NCBI RefSeq assembly: GCF_006345805.1
Contig: NW_021823826.1
Span: 1 to 21,052 of the forward strand
Source: Octopus sinensis
Lineage: Eukaryota
Length of the DNA: 21,052 nt
Reading direction: 5' to 3'
Shown: positions 11,020-20,848 of the stretch, in pieces
How positions within the stretch are numbered: the first letter of the stretch is position 1
Layout: each line of letters opens with the position of its first letter
Translations under genes and position numbers: made by a program
The notes under the pieces: model-generated
What the model was told of the DNA's origin: nothing
Databases searched by the model: none
Seen by the model: only the letters and a program-made list of their open reading frames with translations

Positions 11020-11391
11020 CTGGCACTATGACCTGGCGTTGCCGGGTCATAGTGCTAGTGCATGCATATACAGCTGCATGCGTGCGCACATACATATCAG
11101 TACTGTCCAAATCTTTGATCAATCACATACAGCTAGCTGGCATTCAATTTGCGTATCAAGTTTTGGGCATTTTGATTGGGTTTTGGATAGAAAATTCACA
11201 AAAAAGTCACTTCTATTGATTTTTTAATGACTTTGCAGGGTGACTGGGGAAATGTAAAGATGTGCACGACCACCCTTGGATGGTTTTGAATGACCATAGA
11301 AAGTGCGAGCTCTCTAACTGAAAAATTGTGGATTTGTATAAAGGATACACACACACACAGACAGACATTTTGCTGTTTATATATAGAGAGA
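11020..11391 (-). mobile_element. Non-autonomous Helitron
   Basis: The minus strand starts A|TCTCTCTATATATAAA...tgtctgtctgtgtg and ends in a hairpin plus CCAG|T (CTAG variant). Confidence 0.7.
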
Positions 11392-11531
11392 TTATACTAA
11401 ATCATCAATTTTTTTGGCTTTTTTTAAAATAAATTTTTGTTGTTGTTGTTATCTGATTTTTATCTTAATTTAAATTTATAGGATTTAATTCTGAAAGAGA
11501 ATTTGTTAAATCCAAGTGAAACTAAAGCAGG

Positions 11532-11654
11532 ATGCTAGACCTGGCACCAAAGGAGAACAAAAGAAAAAGCCGGTGTTTCAGGTTTTGCAGTTTACTTGAT
11601 GAAGATGCTACCAGACCAAACTACAAGGTTATCTTTCTCATCTTCCTCTCATTG
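11532..11654 (+). CDS. Coding exon 1 of an MFS transporter (ZIF/ZIFL-like, DHA1-type): MLDLAPKENKRKSRCFRFCSLLDEDATRPNYKVIFLIFLSL
   Basis: ATG at 11532 with in-frame stops just upstream. A candidate acceptor (tttatag at 11475-11481) would give a 50-nt 5' UTR. The phase-0 donor TTG|gtaggt at 11655 joins in frame to the next exon. The hydrophobic end begins TM1. Confidence 0.8.
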
Positions 11655-11688
11655 GTAGGTAACTTTTTTTTTCCCACATTATTATTAT

Positions 11689-11780
11689 TGAGTGAGAGAG
11701 CAGTGCATGCCATCAAAGTGACACTGGGGTAAAAATATACGAAGCCCAGTATACCCATTGTGACTACCTGTCTGATAAGG

Positions 11781-11818
<38 letters not shown>

Positions 11819-12366
11819 GAGTGAGAGAGCAGTTCATGCCATCAAAGTGACACTAGGGTAAAATATACGAAGCCCAATATACCCATCATGACTACCCGTC
11901 TGATAAGGGTACACCAGGTACATGCATCACTACCATATGTGCGCTACATGGTGATCTCATATCAAGATAAACAGCGCATGACCTTGCAGGTGGGGCCCAG
12001 TTAGAATTTTCTTCTGGTCGAGTAGCCTATCCCGCTCAAAAGGTCCCTGAATAAGGGTTGTTTAAGGATGTTGAACGAAGAACCCATGTTTCCTTTGGTG
12101 AAATATTCAAACCTCTAAGAATCCCTCTCAACACATGGCTATGATGCTCCCCCACTACTTCTGCTCGTGATCAGAGATGCACATATCGTCAGCCACTAAG
12201 GGACATGCTCAACTGGTTAAGGTCAAACAACTGACAAGCAAATCTGTGGTATTGAGCAGAATATTTGCTGTAGCCCATCTTTTATACCAAGACAAAACAA
12301 TGTACATGATAACACTTCCAATCAGTTAAGATCAGAAGCCATGGGAGCCACTGCCTGGTACTGCAT
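11689..12366 (-). mobile_element. Interspersed retroposon-like repeat with (AAT)n tail; ~95-bp terminal segment duplicated (11689-11783 and 11818-11911)
   Basis: A direct repeat, gagtgagagagcag...ctgataagggta, is separated by (TAT)n. The family class is inferred. Confidence 0.55.
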
Positions 12367-12381
12367 CATCATCATCATCAC

Positions 12382-12415
<34 letters not shown>

Positions 12416-12429
12416 GTGATAAGTGCTAA

Positions 12430-12492
12430 AAATTCAAGGTGGTGCCCCAGCATGGCTGCAGTCTAATGACTGAAACAAGTAAAAGATAAAGA
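12430..12492 (+). mobile_element. SINE family A tail fragment
   Basis: ggtggtgccccagcatggctgcagtctaatgactgaaacaagtaaaag. Confidence 0.75.
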
Positions 12493-12832
12493 TGTATTTA
12501 CATATATATGTGCATGTATGTGTGTGTGTGTGTATCCTTGTCTAGACATCGCATGATGGTTGCAAATGAGCATTATCATGTGACAAGCAAGGTTTTTTGT
12601 TTTTTTTTAACCCCTTCCAATTTTCTGTGAAAACATGTTTAGCTATGGGGAAATATTACCTTGCTTGGAAACAGATGAGGATTGACAACAGGAAGGTTAT
12701 CTGCTTGTAGACAACTTGCCCCCCACCCCCCACCCCATAAAAAATTCTGCCTGATTCATGCAAGCAAGCCTGGAAACATTAAGTGATGATGTTTATATTT
12801 AATTTTTTACATTTCATTTTCTTCTCTTTCAG

Positions 12833-12889
12833 TTCTCCAGTGCCTTAACACTGACTTTTCTTTTTCCATTCCTTCCCGAAATGGTGCGG
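12833..12889 (+). CDS. Coding exon 2 of the MFS transporter: FSSALTLTFLFPFLPEMVR
   Basis: Long polypyrimidine tract plus ttcag acceptor and CGG|gtaagt donor; 57 nt, phase 0/0. LFPFLPEMV matches the LFPFLYFM-type TM1 motif of ZIF/ZIFL and DHA1/TetA-like MFS proteins. Confidence 0.9.
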
Positions 12890-12957
12890 GTAAGTTTTTC
12901 TTTTTTGATTATTTTATTAAATTTATTATTAGCAATTCAAAAAAAATTATTTAGATT

Positions 12958-14198
12958 GGAGTTCAGTCCCACTGCGTGACACCTTGGGCAAGTATCTTCT
13001 ACTATAGCCTCGGGCTGACCAAAGCCTTGTGAGTGGATTTGGTAGACGGAAACTGAAAGAAGCCCGTCGTATATATGTATATATATATGTGTATGTGTGT
13101 GTATATGTTTGTATGTCTGTGTTTGTCCCCCCAACATCGCTTGACAACCGATGCTGGTGTGTTTACGTCCCTGTAACTTAGCAGTTCGGCAAAAGAGACC
13201 GATAGAGTAAGTACTAGGCTTACAAAGAATAAGTTCTGGGGTCGATTTGCTCGACTAAAGGCGGTGCTCCAGCATGGTCGCAGTCAAAATGACTGAAACA
13301 AGCAAGTAAAAGAGTATATAAGGTGGTGCTCCAGCATGGCCACAGTCAAATGACTGAAACAAATAAAAGAATTTTAAAATGTCTACCCCCCCCAAAAAAA
13401 ATAAACAAATGCTATAAACTACCATACATAGGTGCAAGTGTGGCTGTGTGGTAAGAAGCTTGCTTCTCAAACACATGGTTCTAAGTTCAGTCCCACTGTG
13501 ATGCCTTGGGCAAGTATCTTTTACTAAAGCTTTGGGCCAACCAAAGCTTTATGAATGGATTTGGTAGATGGAAACTGAAAGAAGCCTGCCGTTTATATAC
13601 ATGTGTGTGTGTCTTTGTGTTTCTGTTTATTCCCCACCATCGCTTGACAACTGGTGATGGTGTGTTTATGTCCCTGTAACTTAGCGGTTCAGCAAAAGAG
13701 ATTTAATAGAAGACGTACCAGACTTAAAAAATAAAAGAAAGATTTTGGTGTTGATTCATTCGATTAGAATTCTTCAAGGCAGTGCCCCAGCATGGCCACA
13801 GTCTAATGACTGAAACAAGCGAAAGAAAAAGATGCAGGCATGGTTGTGTGGTAAGAAGTTTGCTTCCCAACCACTTGGTGCTGGGTTCAGTTCCACTGCA
13901 TGACACCTTGGGCAAGTGTCTTTTATAGCCTTCAGCCGACCAAAGCTCCTTGTGAGTGGAGTTGGTAGAGGGAAACTGAAAGAAGCCCATCATGTGTGTG
14001 TGTGTCTCTTTGTGTCTGTGTTTGTCCCCCACCACTGCTGACGCAGGTGTTGGTGTGTTTATGTCCTTGCAGCTTAGCAGTTCAGCAAAAGAATCGAATA
14101 GAATGAGTATCAGGCTTAAAAAAAAATACCACTGGGTTATTGTTTTTTTTCCTAAAATTCAAGTTGGTGCCCCAGCATGTCCACAATCTAATGACTGA
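12958..14198 (+). mobile_element. Cluster of three head-to-tail SINE family A copies (12958-13314 plus a duplicated tail 13321-13370; 13431-13828; 13831-14198) in MFS intron 2
   Basis: Repeated consensus segments, all on the + strand. Confidence 0.85.
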
Positions 14199-14279
14199 AT
14201 GTGAAGCTGAGGGAAAATAGAAAATATTTTATACATTATTTACATTCGACGGATATTTGTCCACATCTTGTTTGTTGTT

Positions 14280-14325
14280 AACACAACGTTTCAGCTGATA
14301 TACCCTCCAGCCTTCATCAGGTGTC
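14280..14325 (-). ncRNA. Minimal type I hammerhead ribozyme motif
   Basis: GACAC-CUGAUGA-A-GGCUG(GAGGGUAUAU)CAGCU-GAA-ACGU-U-GUGUU. Stem I is 5 bp, stem II is 5 bp, there is an extra A after A9, and the loopless palindromic stem III (AACGUU) can only form in a dimer. Triplet GUU. Confidence 0.6.
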
Positions 14326-14400
14326 TTGATGAAATTTTGAACCTGGGTTCTCATTCCTAAGGTATTTTTCGATGTTATTATTATTATTATTATTATTATT

Positions 14401-14566
14401 CACCCACTACACTCACGGAGTGGTTGGCGTTAGGAAGGGCATCCAGCTGTAGAAACTCTGCCAGATCAGACTGGAGCCTGGTGCAGCCTTTTGGCTTCCC
14501 AGACCCTGGTCGAACCGTCCAACCCATGCTAGCATGGAAAACGGACGTTAAACAATGATGATGATG
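14401..14566 (+). mobile_element. Retroposon family B, 5'-truncated, nested in the (TTA)n linker of the 14232-14752 element
   Basis: ggttggcgttaggaagggcatccagc...ggacgttaaacaatgatgatgatg. Confidence 0.85.
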
Positions 14567-14580
14567 TTATTGTTATTGTT

Positions 14581-14660
14581 CAGGTCACTGCTTGGAATCA
14601 AACTCAGAATCTTGGTGTTAGTAGCCCGCACTCTTAACCACTACGACATATGCCCGTGGG
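14581..14660 (-). mobile_element. tRNA-derived Pol III head (SINE-like, not a functional tRNA)
   Basis: A-box-like TGTCGTAGTGGTTAAG and B-box-like GAGTTTGATTCC, followed by an AAC/AAT-rich linker. Confidence 0.6.
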
Positions 14661-14704
14661 CACCTGAAGAAGGCTGGAGAGTATATCAGCCGAAACATTG
14701 TGTT
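14659..14704 (+). ncRNA. Degenerate copy of the minimal hammerhead motif
   Basis: GGCAC-CUGAAGA-A-GGCUG(GAGAGUAUAU)CAGCC-GAA-AC-AUU-GUGUU. Stem II is perfect, but G16.2 has changed to A (CpG-type change), which breaks stem III. Confidence 0.5.
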
Positions 14705-14844
14705 AACAACAAACAAGATGAGGACAAATATCTGTCGAATGTAAATAATGTAAATAATGTACATCTCTTAAATATACATCTTAAATGTACATCTCTTAAA
14801 TATAGAAAAAAAATTATTTTGTATATATATATTTTTTTTTGCAG

Positions 14845-14927
14845 ACATTTGGCTTTGATGAACAAGACAAAGGTTATTACGTTGGCATCATAGCATCTTC
14901 AGTGTTTGCAGGTCGAGCATTGGGAAG
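14845..14927 (+). CDS. Coding exon 3 of the MFS transporter: TFGFDEQDKGYYVGIIASSVFAGRALG(S/R)
   Basis: ttttttttttgcag acceptor and AAG|gtaagt donor; 83 nt, phase 0/2. It matches the TM2 motif of ZIFL proteins (EEDIGYYAGFIGSSFMIGRAL-type). The following WG..SDRxGRR motif-A exon was not found downstream in the window. Confidence 0.9.
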
Positions 14928-15191
14928 GTAAGTACCATAACTTTTCTCATCTTTCATTGGTGCCTAATTTATCATGATGTTGGCGAGTACCATGCAGCCA
15001 AGGAAATTTGTTAATGACATTTGAGGTTTTGTTAAATGTGTTGTAAATAAGTTGTGGTTAATACGATGATATCTTCACAGGTTATTAACCTTTCCTTTAG
15101 AACTTATAAATCTGACTGTGTTTTGTTCTCTTCTTTTGATACGGGCGAGACTGCTAGTGTATATATAAATTTAAACACACACTCATATACA

Positions 15192-15580
15192 AGTGCAGAC
15201 ATGCCTGTGTGGTAAGAAGCTTGCTTCCGAACCGCATGGTTCCAGGTTCAGTCCCACTCATGACATCTTTGGCCAAGTGTCTTCTATTATAGCCTTGGGC
15301 CAACCAAAGCTTTGTGAATAGAGTAAATAGATGGAAACTGAAAGAAGCCCAATGTATATCTGTGTGTGTGTGTGTGTGTGTGTCTTTGTTTATCCTCCAC
15401 CATTGCTTGACAACTGGGGTTGGTGTGTTTACATCTCCATAACTTAGCAGTTCGGCAAAGAAATGAATATAATAAGTACTAGGCAAATTCCTGGGGTTGA
15501 GTTGTTCTACTAAAAAGCCCTTCCAGGTGGTGCCCCAGCTAGGCCACACTCAAAAGGACTGAAACAAGCAAACGATAAAG
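15192..15580 (+). mobile_element. SINE family A
   Basis: Full-length diverged copy. Confidence 0.85.
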
Positions 15581-15737
15581 ATACAGATAGACACACACAC
15601 ACACACATACACACATATATATAAATAAGGATAAGATCGTTGATTAAAATATCGATCTTATCAAGTTGCCAACATGTGGGGAAAAAAACCCTTCAAAGGT
15701 AATAATTATTAAAATTATAATTTATGGTATCTAACAG

Positions 15738-15838
15738 ATACCGACACGCTGGAAATAGCAGCCAAAGCCTGAGTCTAAAACCACACTTAATGTGGTTTTG
15801 GAGTCAGGTTTTGGCTGCTATTTCCAGCATGGCAGTAT
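15738..15838. repeat. ~100-nt hairpin element (MITE-like)
   Basis: 38-bp core stem 15748-15785 / 15791-15828 with one mismatch and two G.T pairs, around a 5-nt loop (cttaa). Confidence 0.75.
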
Positions 15839-16104
15839 ATATATATATATATATATGTATATAGTCAACAGATGAGATACAAAACAGTATTGCTTTAATT
15901 GTTTTTTTGTTGTTTTGTAATCTGTGTAAACTTAATCTATTAATATATAAATATCTATGTATCTATATTTAAATATTCATTGTCTCAAAATCCTTGGTCT
16001 TTGTTTTCTTTCTGTTTACATGCATACCATATGTATATATTTTGTATATGAAATCGAAGCTGTTATATTAATTTGTTCATCCACATAATTGCTCCCATAT
16101 ATAT

Positions 16105-16548
16105 GGTGATTGTCTACTCTTTATGCAGAGTTTGACCACCTCCTCCTGTACCTACACCTTAGAACGATCATGGCATCTGATGTGGCTTTTTAAACCAGAC
16201 AATGTTCTGAAAAGACATCCACATAGATTGCACCTCTGATTCGGACCACCCAAAAGCTGCAGATAAGTTCTGATTTTTGTGGATCTTAAAATGTCTTTTG
16301 AGGCCTCCGTTATATTTGCAAACCTTCTGGCATACATTGCATTGAAAGGTGTGCACAGACATTTAGGCAGAATAGTTGGTGGAGGTTCGTTTTCCATGGG
16401 TTCGCAAATGGGATTTGAGCCTAGCAAAAGAAAGGCTTGGTCTGTCACAAACTGTGCACACAAAAAGGTCATTGTGATTCACCTTCTCAATCGTAACATT
16501 CTTCCTTAAATCTCTTTTGAGTCCTACATGCGTTATCCTGGCCACTGT
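16105..16548 (-). mobile_element. 3' end of an RTE-clade LINE with three C2H2 zinc fingers, decayed and 5'-truncated
   Basis: ARITHVGLKRDLRK is followed by CTVC..HLRTH, CNVC..HFKIH and CNLC..HIRCH. There is an in-frame TAA at 16363-16365, a frameshift before finger 3, a stop at 16152 and a short 3' UTR ending at (TA)n. Confidence 0.7.
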
Positions 16549-16552
16549 TTAC

Positions 16553-17100
16553 TTAATCTTAATCTTAATATATTAATACTTAATCTTAATATATTAAATC
16601 TGTTCTATCTGTCTGTTTGTGCAATTATAACTCGGGTCTTGTTCATCCGATCACTCTCAAGTTTTAAATTGCGGCTTCACAATTTTATATATGTGTCTCG
16701 CTAAATACAGAATAGATATTTAAGTTTCTCCATACAGGGGTTTTTCAATGGCGGCCGATTTTCGTGGGGTTCCACTCTTCCCTTCTCTCTCTCTCCCTCT
16801 TTTACGTTGTCTGCCCTCCCCCCTCTTCCTTTCCCCCCTTCCATTGCTAAGAGCATTTTTAAGCCAGCCCGTCAAGTTCAACCTTCGCATATTCCCGGTG
16901 CACCCGCCCTTGCCCACCCCCACCACCAATACTGGATATCTCTATATTTTTGCTCCATCTATACCGGATGTCGCTTCTCCCACGACCATTATAGGTGTCT
17001 ACTCTTCTTCGAACCCCCCTCTCAATACGCTATTTCACCATGCATTACCCCTCTCGTGATATCCTACGTTCTACACTTGTCTAGAACCTGTCATCGGTTT
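16553..17100 (+). mobile_element. Possible Helitron-like non-autonomous element (5' part)
   Basis: The start tcttaatatattaaatctgttctatctgtctgtttgtg resembles Helitron 5' ends. No clear hairpin-CTAG end was found, and the 3' boundary is uncertain. Confidence 0.35.
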
Positions 17101-17149
17101 TCTCTCCGAACACCCCTCCCCACTGGTGCTCCCCTATATATCTGCACCC

Positions 17150-17460
17150 TCCCCCACATAAAAAGCACCATCCGAACGTGGCCGATGCCAGCACCGCCCC
17201 GACTGGCTTCTGTGCAGGTGGCACATAAAAGCACCAACTGACCGTGGCCGATGCCAGACCCCTCTGGCACCTGTGCAGGTGGCACTTAAAAGCACCCCTA
17301 CACTCGCATGGTTGGCGTTAGGAAGGGCATCCAGCTGTAGAAACACTGCCAGACCAGACTGGAGCCTGGGGCAGCCCCTGGCTCCCCAGACCCCGGTCGA
17401 AACCGTCCAACCCGTGCTAGCGCGGAAAACGGACGTTAAACGATGATGATGATGATGATG
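17150..17460 (+). mobile_element. Retroposon family B
   Basis: Tandem aaaagcacc subrepeats, then the consensus 3' end with (GAT)n. Confidence 0.85.
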
Positions 17461-17912
17461 ATATATATATATATATATAAAAATAGGGTAAAGTAAAATA
17501 ATTTACTTTACCACACATCGAGCTTTTTAGAAATAGCAGCCAAAAATTTGGCTATTTCTTCTACTGCAAGAAAAGTCTCTCAGACAATGCACACTCAGAA
17601 ATAACTCACATAGGTATAAGGGAAAAACAACGAAAGATCACATCCATATGAGATACCCGAGGACAAGCCTGTTTCTGGATTCGTGGGTTAAATGCCAACA
17701 TTTCCTTCATCAGCTCAGAGATTTCTTCTGATTTAGATTTGAAAGTACTAAGAATCAAACATACCCATCCGATATATGTAACACCGGACAAACCATGCCA
17801 GACCACCAGTACTAGCGAATCCAAAAATACAAATGAGATCTAGTATTCTCCCTGTCAGTCGAATTAATTAATAATTAATTAATTCTACCCTTTTTATTGA
17901 CTATATATACAT

Positions 17913-17943
<31 letters not shown>

Positions 17944-18444
17944 AGATTAGATCCGGTCTGGTCTGGTCTGGTCTGGTCTGATTCGAAGGACATATATACA
18001 TACGAATATATCTGTACAAATATACATCCTTCTTTACTTCCATCCTCCTTTCCTTTCTTCTTTGAAATTTCTCAAGTGGGATTTAACGAGTGTCTAGTGT
18101 CATTATGGACTTCACAATCATCTTCTTCTGTGTCTAACATCTTACAGTGTTTGCTATTCTGACAAGATGATAACATCAAAGCATTCAAATTTATTTTTTG
18201 TCCTCTGTTTGTCTATATTGGATTGTGACAACTAGTGTTAATACTAGCCTTATGTGTGTGTGTGTATATCCTCATCATCGTTGTCATCATCATTGACGTC
18301 CATTTTCCATGTTAGCATGGGTCGGATGACTTACGCAAACACACACATACACACACACACTAATATAAATTAACATATGTGTGTATAGATAGATATGTAT
18401 ATGTATGTACATATATTAATATATATCTGATACACACACACATA

Positions 18445-19378
18445 TTGGTGCCTCAACTACATGGCTTCAGGTTCAGTCCCACTGCATGGCACCTTGAGTG
18501 AGTGTCTTCTACTATAGCCTCTGGCCTACCAAAGCATTGTGAGTGGATTTGGTAAATGGAAACTGAAAGAATATATATATATATATATAGGTGCCGGAGT
18601 GGATGTGTGAGAAGAAGCTTGCTTACCAACCACACGGTTCCGTGTTCAGTCCCACTGCATAGCACCTTGGGCAAGTGTCTTCTACTATAGCTTCAGGCCA
18701 ACCAAAGCCTTGTGAGTGGATTTGGTTGATGGAAACTGAAAGAAGCCCATTATGTGTGTTTGTGTTTGTCCCCCTACTATCACTTAACAACAGATGCTGA
18801 TGTGTTTATATCCCTGTAACTTAGCAGTTGAGCAAAAGAGACTGGTGCATTAAGTATTAAACTTACAAAGAATAAGTCTTGGAGTCAATTTCTTCAACTA
18901 AAACCCTTTAAAGTGGTGCTCCAGTATGGCTGCAGTCAAATGATTGAAACAAATGAAAGAATATATATATGTATATATAGATAGGTGTAGGAGTGGCTCT
19001 GTGGTAAGTAGCTTGCTTACGAACCACATGGTTCCGGGTTCAGTCCCACTACGTCGCACCTTGGGCAAGTGTCTTCCACTATAGCCTCGGGCCGACCAAA
19101 GCCTTGTGAGTGGATTTCGTAGACAGAAACTGAAAGCAGCCTGTTGTATATATGTGTATACATACATATATATATATATATGTGTGTGTGTGTATGTGTT
19201 AGTGTGTCTGACAACCAATGCTGGTGTGTTTATGTCCCTGTAACTTAGCGGTTCGGCAAAAGAGACCGATAGAATAAGTACTGGGCTTACAAAGAATAAG
19301 TCCTGGGGTCGATTTGCTCGACTAAAGGCGGTGCTCCAGCATGGCCACTGTCAAATGACTGAAACAAGTAAAAGAGTA
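18445..19378 (+). mobile_element. Cluster of three head-to-tail SINE family A copies (18445-18570 partial; 18589-18960; 18982-19378)
   Basis: Repeated consensus segments, all on the + strand. Confidence 0.85.
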
Positions 19379-19750
19379 ATATATATATATACATATACAT
19401 ACGTACATGCACACATGCATGCCTGTGTCTGTATTTCTCTTTTTGTGTGGGTGTGTGTGTGCTGTTGATTTTGTTCTGTCATCTAATAGTCTTTATCTAC
19501 AACATGGCGCCAGTTTGGTGTCTTTGAAACTGGATCATAATGAGATTACAAATGGAAATAGCATTGGATTGGCATCACATGTCTGCTGTAAAAATGCAAA
19601 ATATAGAGCATAAATCCTTCTCTACATGAACACGGAATATTTTCTGATGTATACGTCACAACCTTGCATAAGAGAATATATCTTATGGAAAAAAATAAAT
19701 TTAGTGTTTCAGTAGACGCTTATTGAAAAATGTCTTAAAGTGGTTCTGTA

Positions 19751-20148
19751 GGTGGCGAGCTGGTAGAAACGTTAGCACACCAGGTGAACTGCTTAGCAGT
19801 ATTTCGTCTGCAGTTACGTTTTGAGTTCAAATTCTGCCGAGGTCGACATTGCTTTTCATACTTTCGGGGTCGATAAATTAAGTACCAGTTACGCACTGGG
19901 GTTGATGTAATCGACTTAATCCCTTTGTCTGTCCTTGTTTGTCCTCTCTATGTTTAGCCCCTTGTGGGCAATAAAGAAATAAGAAATGTTAGCACGCCAC
20001 GTGAAATACTTAGCAGTATATTGTCTGCCGCTACGTTCTGAGTTCAAATTCCGGCCCGGTTGACTTTGCCTTTCATCCGTTCGGGGTCAATAAATTAAGT
20101 GCCAGTTACACACTGCGGTAGATGTAATCGACTTAATCTGTTTGTCTT
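19751..20148 (+). mobile_element. SINE family C: full copy (19751-19980) followed by a partial tandem copy
   Basis: Two consecutive matches to the consensus. Confidence 0.85.
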
Positions 20149-20158
20149 ATTTTTGTAT

Positions 20159-20270
20159 GCCTAGTACTTATTCTATTGGTCTCTTTTGCCAAACCGCTAA
20201 GTTACAGGGATGTAAACACACCAGCATCAGTTGTCAAGCGATGTTGGGGTGACAAACACAAACACATAAA
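20159..20270 (-). mobile_element. SINE family A internal fragment
   Basis: Reverse complement of ttgacaac...gtaacttagcggtttggcaaaagagacc. Confidence 0.75.
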
Positions 20271-20532
20271 CGCACATACACACATACATACATACATTAT
20301 ATATATATATTATATATATATTATGTGAAATAGAAAGATGAATAATCTTGTAGTAGAATAATCAAAAGTTTAACCGATACCTTGGTAGCAAAAATCACAC
20401 AGCAGTAAACAGCACGGTTGGAGTACAACCATATGGTGTTGCAACCGTGCGTTGGTGCGGATAATTGAAATTAATATTATTGGGGTGAATTGAAGAAATG
20501 GAGCTGAACGAAGATTGAACAGAAATCGTTTT

Positions 20533-20623
20533 ATTTCATTCTACAACTGTGTTTCGAAAGGCACAATTTACCAAATCCGATTGAATAATGGGACCATATT
20601 GTGTCTTTCTCTTCAGGAGAAAT
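20533..20623 (-). ncRNA. Second hammerhead copy (left arm)
   Basis: Same core on the minus strand. Stem III is AC-ACAGUU-GU-A (not palindromic) and stem I is one base shorter than in the right arm. Confidence 0.6.
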
Positions 20624-20757
20624 AGGAAATCCGTTGGAAAAAACAAAAAACAGAACAGAGGCGGAGCAAAACAAATCGAACTAGGCTCCTAAGAGCCCAT
20701 GGCAAAACTGTTTTGCTCCGCCTCTGTTCTGTTTTTGTTTTTTCCAACGGATTTCCT

Positions 20758-20848
20758 ATTTCTTCCTGAAGAGAAAGACACAATATGGTCCCATTATTCA
20801 ATCGGATTTTGGTAAATTGTGCCTTTCGAAACACGTGTAGAATGAAAT
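20758..20848 (+). ncRNA. Type I hammerhead ribozyme motif, apparently intact
   Basis: AUUUCUUC-CUGAAGA-GAAAGACACAAU...AUUGUGCCUUUC-GAA-ACACGUGU-A-GAAUGAAAU. Stem I is 8 bp with one bulge, stem II is 12 positions with one mismatch and a G-C closing pair, and stem III is palindromic. The GUA triplet predicts cleavage after 20839. Confidence 0.8.

Larger units (their letters stand above)
14232..14752. mobile_element. Composite element: tRNA-like head, (AAT)n linker and hammerhead-bearing tail on the minus strand, an inverted copy of the tail in front, and a nested SINE insertion
   Basis: Arms 14232-14323 and 14661-14752 are reverse complements. The tRNA-like head is at 14581-14660 (-) and the inserted family B repeat is at 14401-14566. 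Confidence 0.7.

Noticed and set aside
11655-11732. Continuation of ORF 11532..11732 past the donor
   Set aside because: It reads into the intron (poly-T, then a repeat). The spliced form matches the MFS motifs.
14581-14660. Functional tRNA gene
   Set aside because: The A/B boxes are degenerate, no clean acceptor stem is evident, and it is embedded in a composite repeat.
14555-14893. 112-aa + strand ORF
   Set aside because: It runs through the repeat cassette and overlaps exon 3 in the wrong frame.
15139-15160. acgggcgagactgctagt, resembling a Helitron 3' end
   Set aside because: The hairpin is incomplete and no matching 5' TC end could be assigned.
16152-16545. Host C2H2 zinc-finger transcription factor gene
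   Set aside because: There is a stop codon and a frameshift between fingers, no TGEKP linkers, and RTE-like flanks. It is treated as a LINE tail.
16720-17346. GC-rich, Pro-rich overlapping ORFs
   Set aside because: Pyrimidine-rich low-complexity sequence plus family B subrepeats, with no domain signal.
19407-19613. Candidate MFS exon 4 (atctaatag| acceptor, compatible phase)
   Set aside because: The translation lacks the expected WG..SDRxGRR motif A and transmembrane character, and ends in a stop.
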